DNA of 64,000 bases from Eledone cirrhosa (taxonomy: Eukaryota), in contig OZ024766.1 of NCBI GenBank assembly GCA_964016885.1, positions 12,090,001 through 12,154,000 of the forward strand. The letters run 5' to 3'. The position numbers were made by a program, and so were the translations under genes. Position 1 is the stretch's first letter; each line of letters starts with the position of its first letter. Positions 1 through 64,000 of the stretch are shown here, one piece after another. Under the pieces are notes generated by a model. That model was given only the letters and a program-made list of their open reading frames with translations. It did not search any database and was not told where the DNA came from.

Positions 1-775
1 CTCTATATATACTATTGTATTTTCACAGTAAAGGCTTTACCTCACATAATATCTCACATAACATTTTCATTACTCTATATACACTATTGTATTGTCACAG
101 TAAAGGCTTTACCTCACATAATATCTCACATAACATTTACATTACTCTATATATACTATTGTATTTTCACAGTAAAGGCTTTACCTCACATAATATCTCA
201 CATAACATTTACATTACTCTATATATACTATTGTATTTTCACAGTAAAGGCTTTACCTCACGTAATACCTCACATAACATTTACATTACTCTATATATAC
301 TGTTGTATTTTCACAGTAAAGGCTTTACCTCACATAATATCTCACATAACATTTACATTACTCTATATATACTATTGTATTTTCACAGTAAAGGCTTTAC
401 TTCACATAATATCTCACATAATATCTCACATAACATTTACATTACTCTATATATACTATTGTATTTTCACAGTAAAGGCTTTACCTCACATAATATCTCA
501 CATAACATTTACATTACTCTATATATACTATTGCATTTTCACAGTAAAGGCTTTACCTCACATAATATCTCACATAACATTTACATTACTCTATATATAC
601 TATTGTATTTTCACAATAAAGGCTTTACCTCACATAATATCTCGCATAACATTTACATTACTCTATATATACTATTGTATTTTCACAGTAAAGGCTTTAC
701 CTCACATAATATCTCACATAACATTTACATTACTCTATATATACTATTGTATTTTCATGGTAAAGGCTTTATCTC
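1..775 (+). repeat. 72-bp minisatellite array
   Basis: Unit ctctatatatactattgtattttcacagtaaaggctttacctcacataatatctcacataacatttacatta; family also at 30072-30434(-), 35150-35942, 36592-37251, 55054-56125(-). Confidence 0.95.
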
Positions 776-1762
776 AAATGATATTGAATCTATGAGATTT
801 TTTTATATTATTTATTTTGAGAACAATACCTTAACATCAGTATGAGCTGGTTACAGCCAGTTTGAACAGAAAGAGGTGAGAGATTTACAGCTGGATACAG
901 CCAGTTTAGATGCTAAAGGAATAAGTTACTATCTTTGTAATGAAATAATTAATAATTTTAGTAAATCTCTTAAAATTCTTTATTAATTGTCCCCCCCCCC
1001 CCCACACCAGATAGCTGATCGTCTGCAATATCTAATGTCTTTCAATATATTGATCTTTCTTTCTTTCTTTTTTCTCTCCACCACCACCATTGCCACTATC
1101 CCCATCACCAACACCTCCACCACTACTACTATCACCACCACCACTATCACCACCACTACCACTATCACCACCACTATCACTATCAAAACCACCACCACCT
1201 CTATCAACGCCACCACCATAAACACCACTACCACCACTATCACCACCACTACCACCACTATCACCACCACTACCACCACTATCACCACCACCACCACTAT
1301 CACCACCACTATAAACACCACCACCACTATCACCACCACCACCACTATCACCACCACCATCACCACCACCACTATAAACACCACCATCACCACCACCACT
1401 ATAAACACCACCACCACCACCACCACCACCACCACCACCACCACCACCACCACCACCACTACCACCACCACCACCACCACTACCACCACCACTACCACCA
1501 CACTACCACCATCACCATTACCACCACCATCACCACTATAAACACCCCCACCACCACCACCACTATCACCACCCCCACCACTATCACCACCACTACCACC
1601 ACACTACCACCATCACAATTACCACCACCATCACCACTATAAACACCCCCACCACCACCACAACTATAAACACCACCACCACCACCACCACCACTACCAC
1701 CACCATTACCACCACCACCACTATCGCCACCACTATAAACGCCACTACCATCGCCACCACAG

Positions 1763-64000
<62,238 letters not shown>

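Noticed and set aside
15-845. Long ORFs with 24-aa repeats (YFHSKGFTSHNISH...), also at 35165, 36643, 55342
   Set aside because: Translation of a 72-bp minisatellite that lacks stops in one frame; present in both orientations within introns

Overview
Eukaryotic, AT-rich, microsatellite-saturated genomic DNA. The SINE/RTE/(TA)n content suggests a coleoid cephalopod (octopus-like); this is inference. The whole window lies inside one + strand gene for a large lipid transfer protein (apolipophorin/ApoB/vitellogenin superfamily). I traced 25 GT-AG exons (1763..64000) that join in one open frame of about 3,590 codons: Vitellogenin_N beta-barrel and helical region, DUF1943-like region, a 5,160-nt giant exon with ten ~50-aa degenerate repeats, an amphipathic helical region, and the start of a VWD domain. 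The gene start and end lie outside the window. Almost all other ORFs in the track are microsatellite or minisatellite artefacts. The introns hold the surprises: (i) a 7-copy tandem array of 170-184-bp units, each with a minimal type-I hammerhead ribozyme motif, on the sense strand (retrozyme-like); (ii) several other families of hammerhead-bearing (Penelope-like) fragments, mostly antisense or locked in long fold-backs; (iii) a non-autonomous Helitron carrying a 210-bp copy of one of the host gene's own exons, with an uncaptured sister copy 42 kb away; (iv) satellites seeded from SINE, LINE and piggyBac-like elements; (v) strand-specific placement of microsatellites around splice sites.
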